Shown piece by piece: positions 28,417 through 37,226 of a stretch of 64,000 bases of DNA. Under the pieces are notes generated by a model. That model was not told where the DNA came from. It saw nothing but the letters and a program-made list of their open reading frames with translations, and searched no databases. The stretch comes from Candidatus Poribacteria bacterium (lineage in GTDB: Bacteria > Poribacteria > WGA-4E > WGA-3G). The position numbers were made by a program, and so were the translations under genes. Numbering within the stretch: the first letter of the stretch is position 1; each line of letters opens with the position of its first letter. The DNA is taken from NCBI GenBank assembly GCA_965261115.1, contig OZ253447.1:3402011-3466010 (forward strand). The letters are read 5' to 3'.

Positions 28417-29346
28417 ATGAAAACGCAAACGATTAGGTATGGAGAAAACGGTGGGGTCGAAATCATTGATATTGATGTATCCGATCCGCAGGCGGGTGAA
28501 GTGCAGGTTCGGCATGCCGCGTGTGGGGTCTGTGCATGGGATTTAGCGACCTTTCAGGAGGGTGGTTATGCCCCTCCAGGTCATGAAGGTGTCGGTTATG
28601 TCACAAAAGTTGGGAGCGGTGTCCGAGATATTGCAGAAGGAATGCGCGTTGCGAGTGTAGAATTAGGGTTCGATGGTATTAAGAATTGCTCGACCGACGA
28701 CGTATATGTACTTCCAGAATCGGACATTGCAGACGAATACTGGCTTGTTGAACCGGTCTCATGTGTCGTAACGGGTCTTGACAACGCACCCTTACGACCT
28801 GCCGACAACGTCGCAGTTATCGGATGCGGTTTTATGGGGCTTATGTTCGTCCAAGCACTGAGTCGATTCTACACGAATGACCTTATCGCTATTGATCTCG
28901 TTGCGGAACGTCTGAAACTGGCAAAATCGCAGGGTGCTCAACGCACGTATAATCCCAAAGAAATTGATGCCTCCGAGTTGGTATCGGAGCTAAGGGCACG
29001 TTCAATTGACGTGGTGTTTGACTGCTCTGGTAAGGCTGCAGGCTTAAATCTCGCGACGAAGATTGTTCGTCAAGGTGGACATATTAATCTTTTCGGTTGT
29101 ATTCGCGAGGAAGTGACGTTCAACGGTGCCGAATGGCACGGCGGCGCGTTTAACTTAGTAAGTTCATCGCCGGGTGCAAAGCTTCGGGATCCGTTTCCGC
29201 CAGCGATCCGATTCCTCGAACGCGGCCACATTGACCTCAGACCGCTTATAACACACATCGTTCCGCTTGAGGACTATCCTGCACTTCTTAAAGAAGCGAC
29301 AAGTGGCAGCGGAAGCTACATCAAAGGGGTCGTGACAGCAGTGTAG
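28417..29346 (+). CDS. zinc-dependent alcohol dehydrogenase (MDR family; sorbitol/threonine dehydrogenase-like)
   Basis: GHEGVGYV zinc-ligand motif. Rossmann VIGCGFMG. Confidence 0.85.
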   Translation: MKTQTIRYGENGGVEIIDIDVSDPQAGEVQVRHAACGVCAWDLATFQEGGYAPPGHEGVGYVTKVGSGVRDIAEGMRVASVELGFDGIKNCSTDDVYVLPESDIADEYWLVEPVSCVVTGLDNAPLRPADNVAVIGCGFMGLMFVQALSRFYTNDLIAIDLVAERLKLAKSQGAQRTYNPKEIDASELVSELRARSIDVVFDCSGKAAGLNLATKIVRQGGHINLFGCIREEVTFNGAEWHGGAFNLVSSSPGAKLRDPFPPAIRFLERGHIDLRPLITHIVPLEDYPALLKEATSGSGSYIKGVVTAV

Positions 29347-29444
29347 AGGTATGGATACTGAGCGATAATTGATAAGGCATCACGCGGGCTTACCCATACA
29401 CAAAGGTCTCCGCCGTCACTTGTGCTTTTGTTGTAGTTACACGC

Positions 29445-30572
29445 CTATCCAAATAGATATTTCTCCACAATATCTTCCCGGACCGTGACACCCAGTCCTG
29501 GAACGTCGCGGACAGCAACATAACCGTCCTCTTGTATCCATGGGTCGCTGACCAATTCATGCTGCATTGGGGATTCGTGGGGCTTAAAATCCGTGCAATC
29601 GGCATGCGTCGAGCTTGCCAACATGTGCAGACTCGCAGCAGTGTTTAAGGCACTGCTCCATGAATGCGCACTGAACTGAAGACCCTCCGCCTCAACCAGT
29701 TTGATGACATGTCGGCTGCCGGTGAGTCCGTGGCAACGTCCCGGATCAATCTGTACGATATCAACGCCGCCGGACTGGATGAGCCGTTTGTAACTTTCGA
29801 CGTTCCACTCATCTTCACCTGTACCGATGGGAGTCATGATCGCTGATCGCAATTGGGCATAAGCTTCAAAGTTTTCAGGCGGAAGCGGTTGCTCAATCCA
29901 TTTGAGCCGATAGGGTTCAAAATCTCGGATGCGTCGAATGGCTGTTGGGACATCCCAAATACGATGATGCCCAGGCGTGTCAACGACCAACTCAAGTTCG
30001 TCTCCGATGACATCACGCAAGCGACGAATCAACGCAACATCACGCTGGCGATCAAGACCAAATACCGCCTCTGGTCGCATCCCCCAACCCCCTTTCACAA
30101 CGCGGTAGTTCTGCTCTCGCAACCACCGAAATTCGTTGAGTGTCCAGTCGAAGTCTTCCATATCGAAGATGATGGATGCCATCGCTACGATTTTATCGTG
30201 TATTTGACCGCCAAGGAGTTGGCAAACAGGTAAACCGAGTGCATGTCCCTTTAAGTCCCATAACGCCATATCCACAGCACTGACAGCGAATGCTGCGATG
30301 CCTTCAGGACCATACCACCAGATACGGTCAAGCATTTTTTGCCAGTGCCGTTCCACATCTAAACCATTTTCACCGATAAGCAGCGGTGCAAATCCCTGCT
30401 CAATAATGATCTTTGTCGCGAGTGTGGCTTCTCGAAATTGTGAGATACATTCCCCCCAACCCACAAGACCATCATCAGTCTCCACGCGAGCGAGCGTGAT
30501 GTAGCGTTCGATACCTTTGTAGTGTGGCTCCGGATAGGCGAGCGGAAACGCCTGAATTTTTTGTATCTTCAT
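29445..30572 (-). CDS. enolase-superfamily mandelate racemase/muconate lactonizing enzyme
   Basis: MKIQKIQAF..GWGE N-domain. Start moved to the ATG at 30572, which has an AAGGAG RBS. The upstream 13 codons overlap the repeat element. Confidence 0.85.
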   Translation of the reverse strand: MKIQKIQAFPLAYPEPHYKGIERYITLARVETDDGLVGWGECISQFREATLATKIIIEQGFAPLLIGENGLDVERHWQKMLDRIWWYGPEGIAAFAVSAVDMALWDLKGHALGLPVCQLLGGQIHDKIVAMASIIFDMEDFDWTLNEFRWLREQNYRVVKGGWGMRPEAVFGLDRQRDVALIRRLRDVIGDELELVVDTPGHHRIWDVPTAIRRIRDFEPYRLKWIEQPLPPENFEAYAQLRSAIMTPIGTGEDEWNVESYKRLIQSGGVDIVQIDPGRCHGLTGSRHVIKLVEAEGLQFSAHSWSSALNTAASLHMLASSTHADCTDFKPHESPMQHELVSDPWIQEDGYVAVRDVPGLGVTVREDIVEKYLFG

Positions 30573-30601
30573 ATTGCTTTTATCTCCTTTCAGAGTATTA
30601 G

Positions 30602-30709
30602 CCATCAGCAATCAGCAATCGGCAATCAGTAGGCGTTGTCAACACCGAAACCCTTTTCGAGAAAGAAAAACCGTCGTCTACGGAGACTGACTGCTGACTG
30701 CTGACCGCC
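30602..30709. repeat. inverted tandem-heptad element (ATCAGCA x3-4 ... GACTGAC/TGCTGAC x3), second copy of family
   Basis: Left arm 30602-30630, right arm 30685-30709. The core CGTTGTCAACACCGAAACCC resembles the core of the 24679-24770 copy. Confidence 0.5.
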
Positions 30710-30723
30710 ATTTACCTATTATA

Positions 30724-32676
30724 CTACGGCCAAATCCCATAAGTCGGTATATTAAACAGCATGCCCAATATTGTCCACAGACTCCCGACGGTAAATTGTC
30801 CTAATATCAACCCAAGAAAAAACGGCATCGCCTTTCGATGGGCGTTTCTCCCGCCGTATTTCAGCAGAATCAGTTTCAGTCCCCACGCCACAAACAGCGT
30901 AAACCAAATATAATTGACCGCCCAACTCCCACACACGGCGGCGTAGGCTGCCGGATGAAAAGGGAACCAGAAAAACTTCATCCGCATCAACATAAGGAAC
31001 AGCGAGAAGAGTAGGCCGATGCCGGTAAATCCTAACGCCCAATAGTCTGGATCCAGCGGATGTGCTAACCAGTTCTGCAGCTGCCGCCACGGTTCAGCAC
31101 CGTATATCAATGGGACGTGGGACATCTGGTGTATGGCACCGAGTCGATAGGGTATAGATATCAGTGCCCAAAATTGTGAGAGGATGCCGACGAACAGTGC
31201 CGCAAGGATCGCAAATAACATGAAACGACTTCGGATGCCTGACGTTGAGGCAAGTTTGAAGCCTTCGAGTTGATGCGGCATCGGATGCGAATCGAAGGTA
31301 CGCGTAAAAAACCAGAAAAAAGAGAACATCGAAAGATTATTCGGTCCCAATGAACGAGTGCCGACAGCGGCGACCATGACCCGTTCGGGGCCGGTATAGT
31401 GCAAGTCGTGCATCGGCGATCCGAGTTCGGCGCGCATCCGGGAAACCGCTGTTGAAAAAGCAAAATAGAGTCCGAAGAAGACCAGAATCGCCCAAAGCGA
31501 CATACCCGCTTTCAAACAAAAAAAGATTAGAAACGCAACGCCAGCAATCAATGCGAGAATAAGAGTCCGATGCGATACCGGTTCATCCCGCGCGGACGTA
31601 GCACTAACTTTCGTTCCCGATAAATTATGCAGGTATTTTCTGCCCCTCCAAACCGCAATCAGAAAAATACCCATATATGCCCCAAATCCCTGATAGTTGA
31701 TATAAGGATAGCCTGTTCCTTCTAAGCCTGCAACACTTCCCATGAGTTGTTGCATCTTCCACAGCCAAAAGAAAAACCAGCTCGAAAACAACAGATCCAA
31801 CGGAATTAGAAATCCGATGCCTAAAACAAAAGGGTAAATCCCCAATCTCAGCCACCCCATTGCAGAGAAGGGTTTCTCTGTGAATCTGAAGCGGTATTCT
31901 TTCTCGAATACGGAGGGTATTGCGGGAAAGATGTGGTGCAAGCCGTTAATGGTATCGAAAGCCACCATCAGTCCGAAAGCGATCCACATCAGTCGATTCG
32001 TGAAGAAACCTTCGGTCGTCATTCGTGCCGGAAGTTGGATAATCGGATACGCCAGTTTCTCATCTTCCGTCCACGGTTTCCGCACAATAAGCGTGATGCA
32101 AACCATAACGAAAAGCATTGCAAAAAGGAAGCCAAACCAACTCATCACAGGCGTTAACCAACCCGACAGATGCTGCTTTGTGTAGAGTGTAGAATCTCCC
32201 TCGTAGTACCCCGAAAGAACGTCCTTGTCTGCCACCGCAAGCCATCTCGGAATATACCGCCAAAACAGATCTTTCCAATCGTTCTCTGGTGTCGCGAACC
32301 AGAAAGCGTGTCCCAACGTGGAAACCAGAATCTCCATCATGCTGTGTCCTGCGGTCGCTGAGGCGACAGATAACATGACATAGATGACCAAGAGTTCACC
32401 TTGAGATAGTGCCAACCGTGGCAGGAATCGCTTCAATATTCGGTTGAATCCTATCAACACAAGGACGTTGAAAACAACCGTGAAAATAAGCGAGACGATG
32501 GTGGGCTGCGCGGAATATTGGACGAGTTCAATATAGGTAATCCAATAACAATTGATAGGGATTAGAAGAAGTCCAATTGCTATAGACCACCAGCGGATTG
32601 ACGGACGCGGTTTCGATGGGTATAGGGTCGGTTTTGTGTGCGGCATTTCGGATCTGTTTTGGAAATTCTGACCCAC
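30724..32676 (-). CDS. large polytopic integral membrane protein of unknown function
   Basis: 650 aa with more than 12 predicted hydrophobic helices. No enzymatic motif recognised. Confidence 0.6.
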   Translation of the reverse strand: MGQNFQNRSEMPHTKPTLYPSKPRPSIRWWSIAIGLLLIPINCYWITYIELVQYSAQPTIVSLIFTVVFNVLVLIGFNRILKRFLPRLALSQGELLVIYVMLSVASATAGHSMMEILVSTLGHAFWFATPENDWKDLFWRYIPRWLAVADKDVLSGYYEGDSTLYTKQHLSGWLTPVMSWFGFLFAMLFVMVCITLIVRKPWTEDEKLAYPIIQLPARMTTEGFFTNRLMWIAFGLMVAFDTINGLHHIFPAIPSVFEKEYRFRFTEKPFSAMGWLRLGIYPFVLGIGFLIPLDLLFSSWFFFWLWKMQQLMGSVAGLEGTGYPYINYQGFGAYMGIFLIAVWRGRKYLHNLSGTKVSATSARDEPVSHRTLILALIAGVAFLIFFCLKAGMSLWAILVFFGLYFAFSTAVSRMRAELGSPMHDLHYTGPERVMVAAVGTRSLGPNNLSMFSFFWFFTRTFDSHPMPHQLEGFKLASTSGIRSRFMLFAILAALFVGILSQFWALISIPYRLGAIHQMSHVPLIYGAEPWRQLQNWLAHPLDPDYWALGFTGIGLLFSLFLMLMRMKFFWFPFHPAAYAAVCGSWAVNYIWFTLFVAWGLKLILLKYGGRNAHRKAMPFFLGLILGQFTVGSLWTILGMLFNIPTYGIWP

Positions 32677-32749
32677 AAATTAGAAAAATTATGACGCCTC
32701 TTAGATGGACGCGCATTCGGCAAACACGCCATCCGTCGTCCCTAACGCC

Positions 32750-33160
32750 TTATAAATTCTTGTTATATTTGATAAAAATCGCTTTAACCTGTAATACGCT
32801 TTTGGTGTCCGTGTTGACGATCTCTACGTCCCCTATGTCATTGACTATGGTTTGTTCTCCGGTCTTTACCCGATCAAATCCTTCAAATATGATTCCATCA
32901 GCACCGCTCTCGCGTGCCTTCTCTATTAACGTTTCTTGTAACGCCTCTGTGTCACCTCCGTCTGCAGCAGCGTGTCCCATCACCAGATAGCCTTCGGTTA
33001 CATCATCTTCTGAAAAGTAAACATCTACATGAGAAGTAGGCGTATAGGAATCTCCAAGATAATCGACATCAATATCATCACCACCGCAAGCGGTAAGAAA
33101 TAAGTTTAATACCACCATAAGCAAAACGATGATTTTTCCATTCACGCTTGCATTCAACAT
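32750..33160 (-). CDS. lipoprotein of unknown function
   Basis: Start at the ATG at 33160, which has a GGAG RBS. Signal peptide with lipobox LTAC-G. The longer annotated ORF overlaps the neighbouring gene. Confidence 0.55.
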   Translation of the reverse strand: MLNASVNGKIIVLLMVVLNLFLTACGGDDIDVDYLGDSYTPTSHVDVYFSEDDVTEGYLVMGHAAADGGDTEALQETLIEKARESGADGIIFEGFDRVKTGEQTIVNDIGDVEIVNTDTKSVLQVKAIFIKYNKNL

Positions 33161-33188
33161 GAGGAACTCCTTATATTTGATTTTCGGT

Positions 33189-34013
33189 TTAAGACTTATC
33201 TGACAATGGACCCCCATCTCCGTATGAAAAAACCAATGGTAGGTGCGCATCATCTGCCAACACGTCACCGGCTTTCAACTTCGCGTACACTTCATCAGGC
33301 AACGCGCTTTTTTTACCATTGAATGTAGCATCCTCCGGCATAAAGAGCATCGCAAACGCACGACGGGGGTATGTCGTCATATTCGGTCCCGCCGCATGCG
33401 CGACCATCCCACTGATGAATACGCCGTCTCCGGCTCTCATCTCAGCTGGATATGGTTCAATCTCTGCCCACTCTGGATATTCGCGGAACAACTCACCGAT
33501 GCCGACTTCTCCGAGACTGCCACCAACCTCAAAACCGCTCGTCTTGTGTGTACCGGGTAGAAAATACAGACAGCCGTTCTGAATCGTTGCATCGTCAAGT
33601 GCTACCCAGAACATGATTGCCTGATGCGAATAAAATGGATCGTAGGGATTATCGACATGGAAATTCGTCGGGTTTGCCCACGGTTGCTTAAACATGGCGT
33701 GGTCGTGATACAATCGCACACCTGAAGTGCCAGCGAGATCTGCCGCCATCCTACCCAACTCTGGCGCGAGAATCAACGCTTTAACCTTCTCGCTCATCTT
33801 CCACAAATTGACGCATTGAACGAAGACGTTCCCGTAGTAACTGTCTCCTTTCTGATTGTGATACATATCATCGCGCTTCATAAACTGTGCGACAGCCGCG
33901 TCAACAGCATCCTGCCACGATGACAATTCTGATCCTTTCAGAAAATCGTCAATAACCAGAAATCCGTTTTCACGGTAAGATTCAACCTGATCGCTCGTAA
34001 GTTGTGTATTCAT
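33189..34013 (-). CDS. phytanoyl-CoA dioxygenase (PhyH) family oxygenase
   Basis: HVDNPYD HxD motif. PhyH-like N-terminal LTSDQVESYRENGFLVIDDFL. Confidence 0.8.
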   Translation of the reverse strand: MNTQLTSDQVESYRENGFLVIDDFLKGSELSSWQDAVDAAVAQFMKRDDMYHNQKGDSYYGNVFVQCVNLWKMSEKVKALILAPELGRMAADLAGTSGVRLYHDHAMFKQPWANPTNFHVDNPYDPFYSHQAIMFWVALDDATIQNGCLYFLPGTHKTSGFEVGGSLGEVGIGELFREYPEWAEIEPYPAEMRAGDGVFISGMVAHAAGPNMTTYPRRAFAMLFMPEDATFNGKKSALPDEVYAKLKAGDVLADDAHLPLVFSYGDGGPLSDKS

Positions 34014-34107
34014 AGCATGTTAGGTGATCGGAAAATCGAAGGATTCTTCAAAGTTAAGTTGGGATATAAGTAGTTTCTATAGGAACTGTCCCTGACGCGG
34101 TCCTTGG

Positions 34108-34716
34108 TCAAAGTGTCTCCATGTCATACAATCCAATAGAGGATGGTCTATTTTTAAGCCATTCAATTACTTTATCAGCGGAACACCTAAAAAATTCCCT
34201 ATGTTCATTAATCCGGTATTGTTTAAACTTTTTATGTAATATATCTTCAAGAATTTCAGGGTATTGAGACGGAATTGAGTAGGCGATCGAAAAGGGTTCT
34301 GGAACCCCCGTTGTATAAAGTTCCTCCGCCCGTTCATGAGCAGTTTTTTCTGTCTTTCCTATTTTTATTAAACCCGGCATGGATGGGTTTGTTAAGATAT
34401 ATACACAATTCCTTTGGTCGTTTTTGTTTGTTCCAAACCTTTCCCTAATCAGACGCTTGCGCTGATTCCAGACGATAGTTTTCCCGCCGTCATTGGGATT
34501 AGGTATACCTAACATCTCTGCCAGTTGCCTATCAGGAATATGGTTAAACAGGAATAGATTGTTTTCATCCTTTTTCAGATTCATGCGTCCTAGAACATGA
34601 TATGCCGCATCAGCATTTTTATCTTGTTTTACCATGAGCTTTGCTTCTTCAAGCAGTTTTCTAAACTCTGGATTCTTGAGATTAGCTTCAATTTGGCGGT
34701 TAGTGTCTCTTGCCAT
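34108..34716 (-). CDS. T5orf172 (GIY-YIG-like) domain protein
   Basis: C-terminal CVYILTNPSMPGLIKIGKTEKTAHERAEELYTTGVPEPFSIAY matches the T5orf172/MUG113 GIY-YIG-like pattern. Confidence 0.6.
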   Translation of the reverse strand: MARDTNRQIEANLKNPEFRKLLEEAKLMVKQDKNADAAYHVLGRMNLKKDENNLFLFNHIPDRQLAEMLGIPNPNDGGKTIVWNQRKRLIRERFGTNKNDQRNCVYILTNPSMPGLIKIGKTEKTAHERAEELYTTGVPEPFSIAYSIPSQYPEILEDILHKKFKQYRINEHREFFRCSADKVIEWLKNRPSSIGLYDMETL

Positions 34717-35223
34717 AATTCTCCTTACCAGGCAGAATTTAAAGATATTACTAATGGGCGCGCAACTCGTAGAAATAGCGAGTTGGAGCTCATTCCTACA
34801 AGAAAGGGGTCTGTAATTTAAACCATTTTACTCACAATTTATTTTACTCACAATTTAAAAGTTGACAAAGCACTATTTATAGTTTGTATCAAATGACCCC
34901 ATGAGTTACACTAAAAGTAACCCAAGTTGCCACTTGCAACATGTTCACCGAGTTGATTCCTGCCATCCCAATATGCGGCACGGCTACGACGTTAGTCTCC
35001 TTAATGCTTTTTGCAATGGGTCCGTTTGGGGACCCGTTGAGTTTTGCGTGAAAGTTACTGGTCATTGATCCCATCTTTGATAGCTTGGAGTTCATCAGAA
35101 AGGTGCCATGATAAATCAGAGATCAACGGTGTTTTCGCCATAGAATCCAGCGTAAAAGAGAACTCAGGATTGCAGGCGTGCAATATTGAATACGTGACGG
35201 AAATTTCTGCTAATCTGGCGGAT

Positions 35224-35922
35224 CTAGCCTAGCAGCCTGGATATGCTCACAGGGAAGTTAAATCCATATTTGTGTACAACCGATTTAACAGTTTCTGTTA
35301 TCCATTTCTCCTTCCTAGTATATGGGGATGTGACCACTTCGTTAATTAATGTCTTAAGATCAAATTTATGGTACTGACCAATTTCACAAATATCTTGAGG
35401 GGAATGATCAGATATAAATTGGTGAGTGTCAACGATGATACGTACCTCGCGTTCAGCTCTATATACCTCTCTTTTATAGAAATACCTATGGAAATTCCGC
35501 GTATACATCTTGTTTATCTCTGATATATCTTGTGGAACTTCAAATTCATATTGATCAGTGTAATTGACTCTGCCTATAAACACGTGAGGGGATTTGGGCA
35601 GACTTTTCTTCAAATTGCCCATAGTCGTTTTTATTGCTATACCACCATTATGCAGCCTATACCGCTCCCACATTAACATTGCTTTTGGCTCACTGTGATG
35701 CCAACAATTACACAGGATGTATCTGCCGAAGTTATTAACTCGCTCTACTACCGGCTCTACTTGCGGAGGTATAGATCCTTCAAATGGATCTTCAAACTTA
35801 TCAGATCTTGTGAAAAATAAAGATTCTTTTGCTAAAATATTGACGAATTTTTCAAAACTCATGAATCTCCATAAAACATCACGGTCTTCAGGCAATTCTA
35901 TACCTGGGAGTTCTTTATGCAT
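35224..35922 (-). CDS. DUF2971 family protein
   Basis: LWRFMSFEKFVNILAKESLFFTRSDKFEDPFEG matches the DUF2971 N-terminal signature. Start at the ATG at 35922, which has an AAGGA RBS. Confidence 0.65.
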   Translation of the reverse strand: MHKELPGIELPEDRDVLWRFMSFEKFVNILAKESLFFTRSDKFEDPFEGSIPPQVEPVVERVNNFGRYILCNCWHHSEPKAMLMWERYRLHNGGIAIKTTMGNLKKSLPKSPHVFIGRVNYTDQYEFEVPQDISEINKMYTRNFHRYFYKREVYRAEREVRIIVDTHQFISDHSPQDICEIGQYHKFDLKTLINEVVTSPYTRKEKWITETVKSVVHKYGFNFPVSISRLLG

Positions 35923-35981
35923 GTAATATCCTTTCGCAACGTAATAAAAACCGTTAACTGAAAATGAATCTATCCGCAAAA

Positions 35982-36200
35982 CTACTTATTGGGTAATTGT
36001 ATGAGTCGTCGCGCGTGGGCGTTTCGCGGGCGTGCCATCATTGCAGGTCGCTGGATAGTCAGACCTGTCAACTCTTGGAGTTGGTCTACAGTTAGGTTCT
36101 TGCCGTCTCGCCATCGGAGCATCTTCTGCACCCCCTGTTGATTTTCGGTATGGTATATTTTGGCTGTCAACCTGACAACTGCCGTCACTTCATGACCCAC
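35982..36200 (-). CDS. small hypothetical protein (may be spurious)
   Basis: 72-aa ORF between the DUF2971 gene and the lipoprotein gene on the same strand. Confidence 0.25.
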   Translation of the reverse strand: MGHEVTAVVRLTAKIYHTENQQGVQKMLRWRDGKNLTVDQLQELTGLTIQRPAMMARPRNAHARRLIQLPNK

Positions 36201-36245
36201 CTTGTAGTGCGATAAACGCGGGGTCTATGATTTTCATAAGGTCTC

Positions 36246-36665
36246 CTACTTGATATTGTCGTCAAAGACACCCCCGAAATCGCCCAAGTAGGCATTCACG
36301 CGAAGGGTATACGTTGACGGTGGGTCAAACTCCATTCTCGCACCACGTAGATAAATTTTTTCATTGAGTGGTGTGAGTGTATGACGATAAACTTCCTTAT
36401 CACGATTGTAAACTACAAAATCTTTACCCTCTACATCAACTATTACGTGCGTTGGGTCAAGCGTTCCCTTTTGCCACGTAAAATAGAGATAATGTGCACC
36501 ACGTGTTTGATTGGTAAGGTTTTTAGAGAGTGCAACAGTGAATACGGACAAGGTGTCAACTTCGGGCTGTTCTTTCACGGTTTGGGCTACAGATTCTTTG
36601 ACGGGTTGATTATCTTGACAACCTAAAACTATTATCACGAGCATCAAAACGAAAATCGTTCTCAT
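36246..36665 (-). CDS. lipoprotein of unknown function
   Basis: Signal peptide with lipobox VLGC. Confidence 0.55.
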   Translation of the reverse strand: MRTIFVLMLVIIVLGCQDNQPVKESVAQTVKEQPEVDTLSVFTVALSKNLTNQTRGAHYLYFTWQKGTLDPTHVIVDVEGKDFVVYNRDKEVYRHTLTPLNEKIYLRGARMEFDPPSTYTLRVNAYLGDFGGVFDDNIK

Positions 36666-36865
36666 AATATCACCTCTAAAGCAATTTTTTTTGCTAAAAT
36701 AATTTCTAAATCAGGCGGGTCTTTCCGCCTGTTCTCCCTGCCCTAAAAATCAGTAGAATACAATATGTTACCTTATTCCCTCCTTTTGGGAGCATCTATC
36801 CATTGATAACCGCGTGATGAAATATTCCTATCCGCGGATTGCCTTTGATCAGGAAAGAGCGCAAT

Positions 36866-37054
36866 TTATTGATCGGTAGCGGTATCGTGAATCCAAACGC
36901 CGAGAGTACCGGCACCGGCAAGCCGTGTGCTATCCAGCGAGTATTGAATTTCAAATAGCCAGCCTTTACCGAGCCGTGCTATCGCGCCTTCGGGGAGATG
37001 CCATTGTAGTGAATCTTCAGCGATACTATCGTTCGAGAAAAAGAGAACCGGCAA
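36866..37054 (-). pseudogene. WD40-repeat protein fragment (single blade remnant)
   Basis: ..IQYSLDSTRLAGAGTLGVWIHD resembles one WD40 blade (FSPDGTRLASGSDGTVRLWD). Only 62 codons remain. Confidence 0.3.
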
Positions 37055-37226
37055 ACAGAGAACGGTGAATGTGAAAAAAATGTAGTTTTCATTGTTATTC
37101 TCCTTTGAAATTTATATATCCCACTGAATATACTTTTTTGACAAAATAGAAATGCTGGTCCCCATTAAGGATAGACCGGGAAGCCAATAAACATCGGATC
37201 TCCAGCCATCCTATGGTCATTTGATA

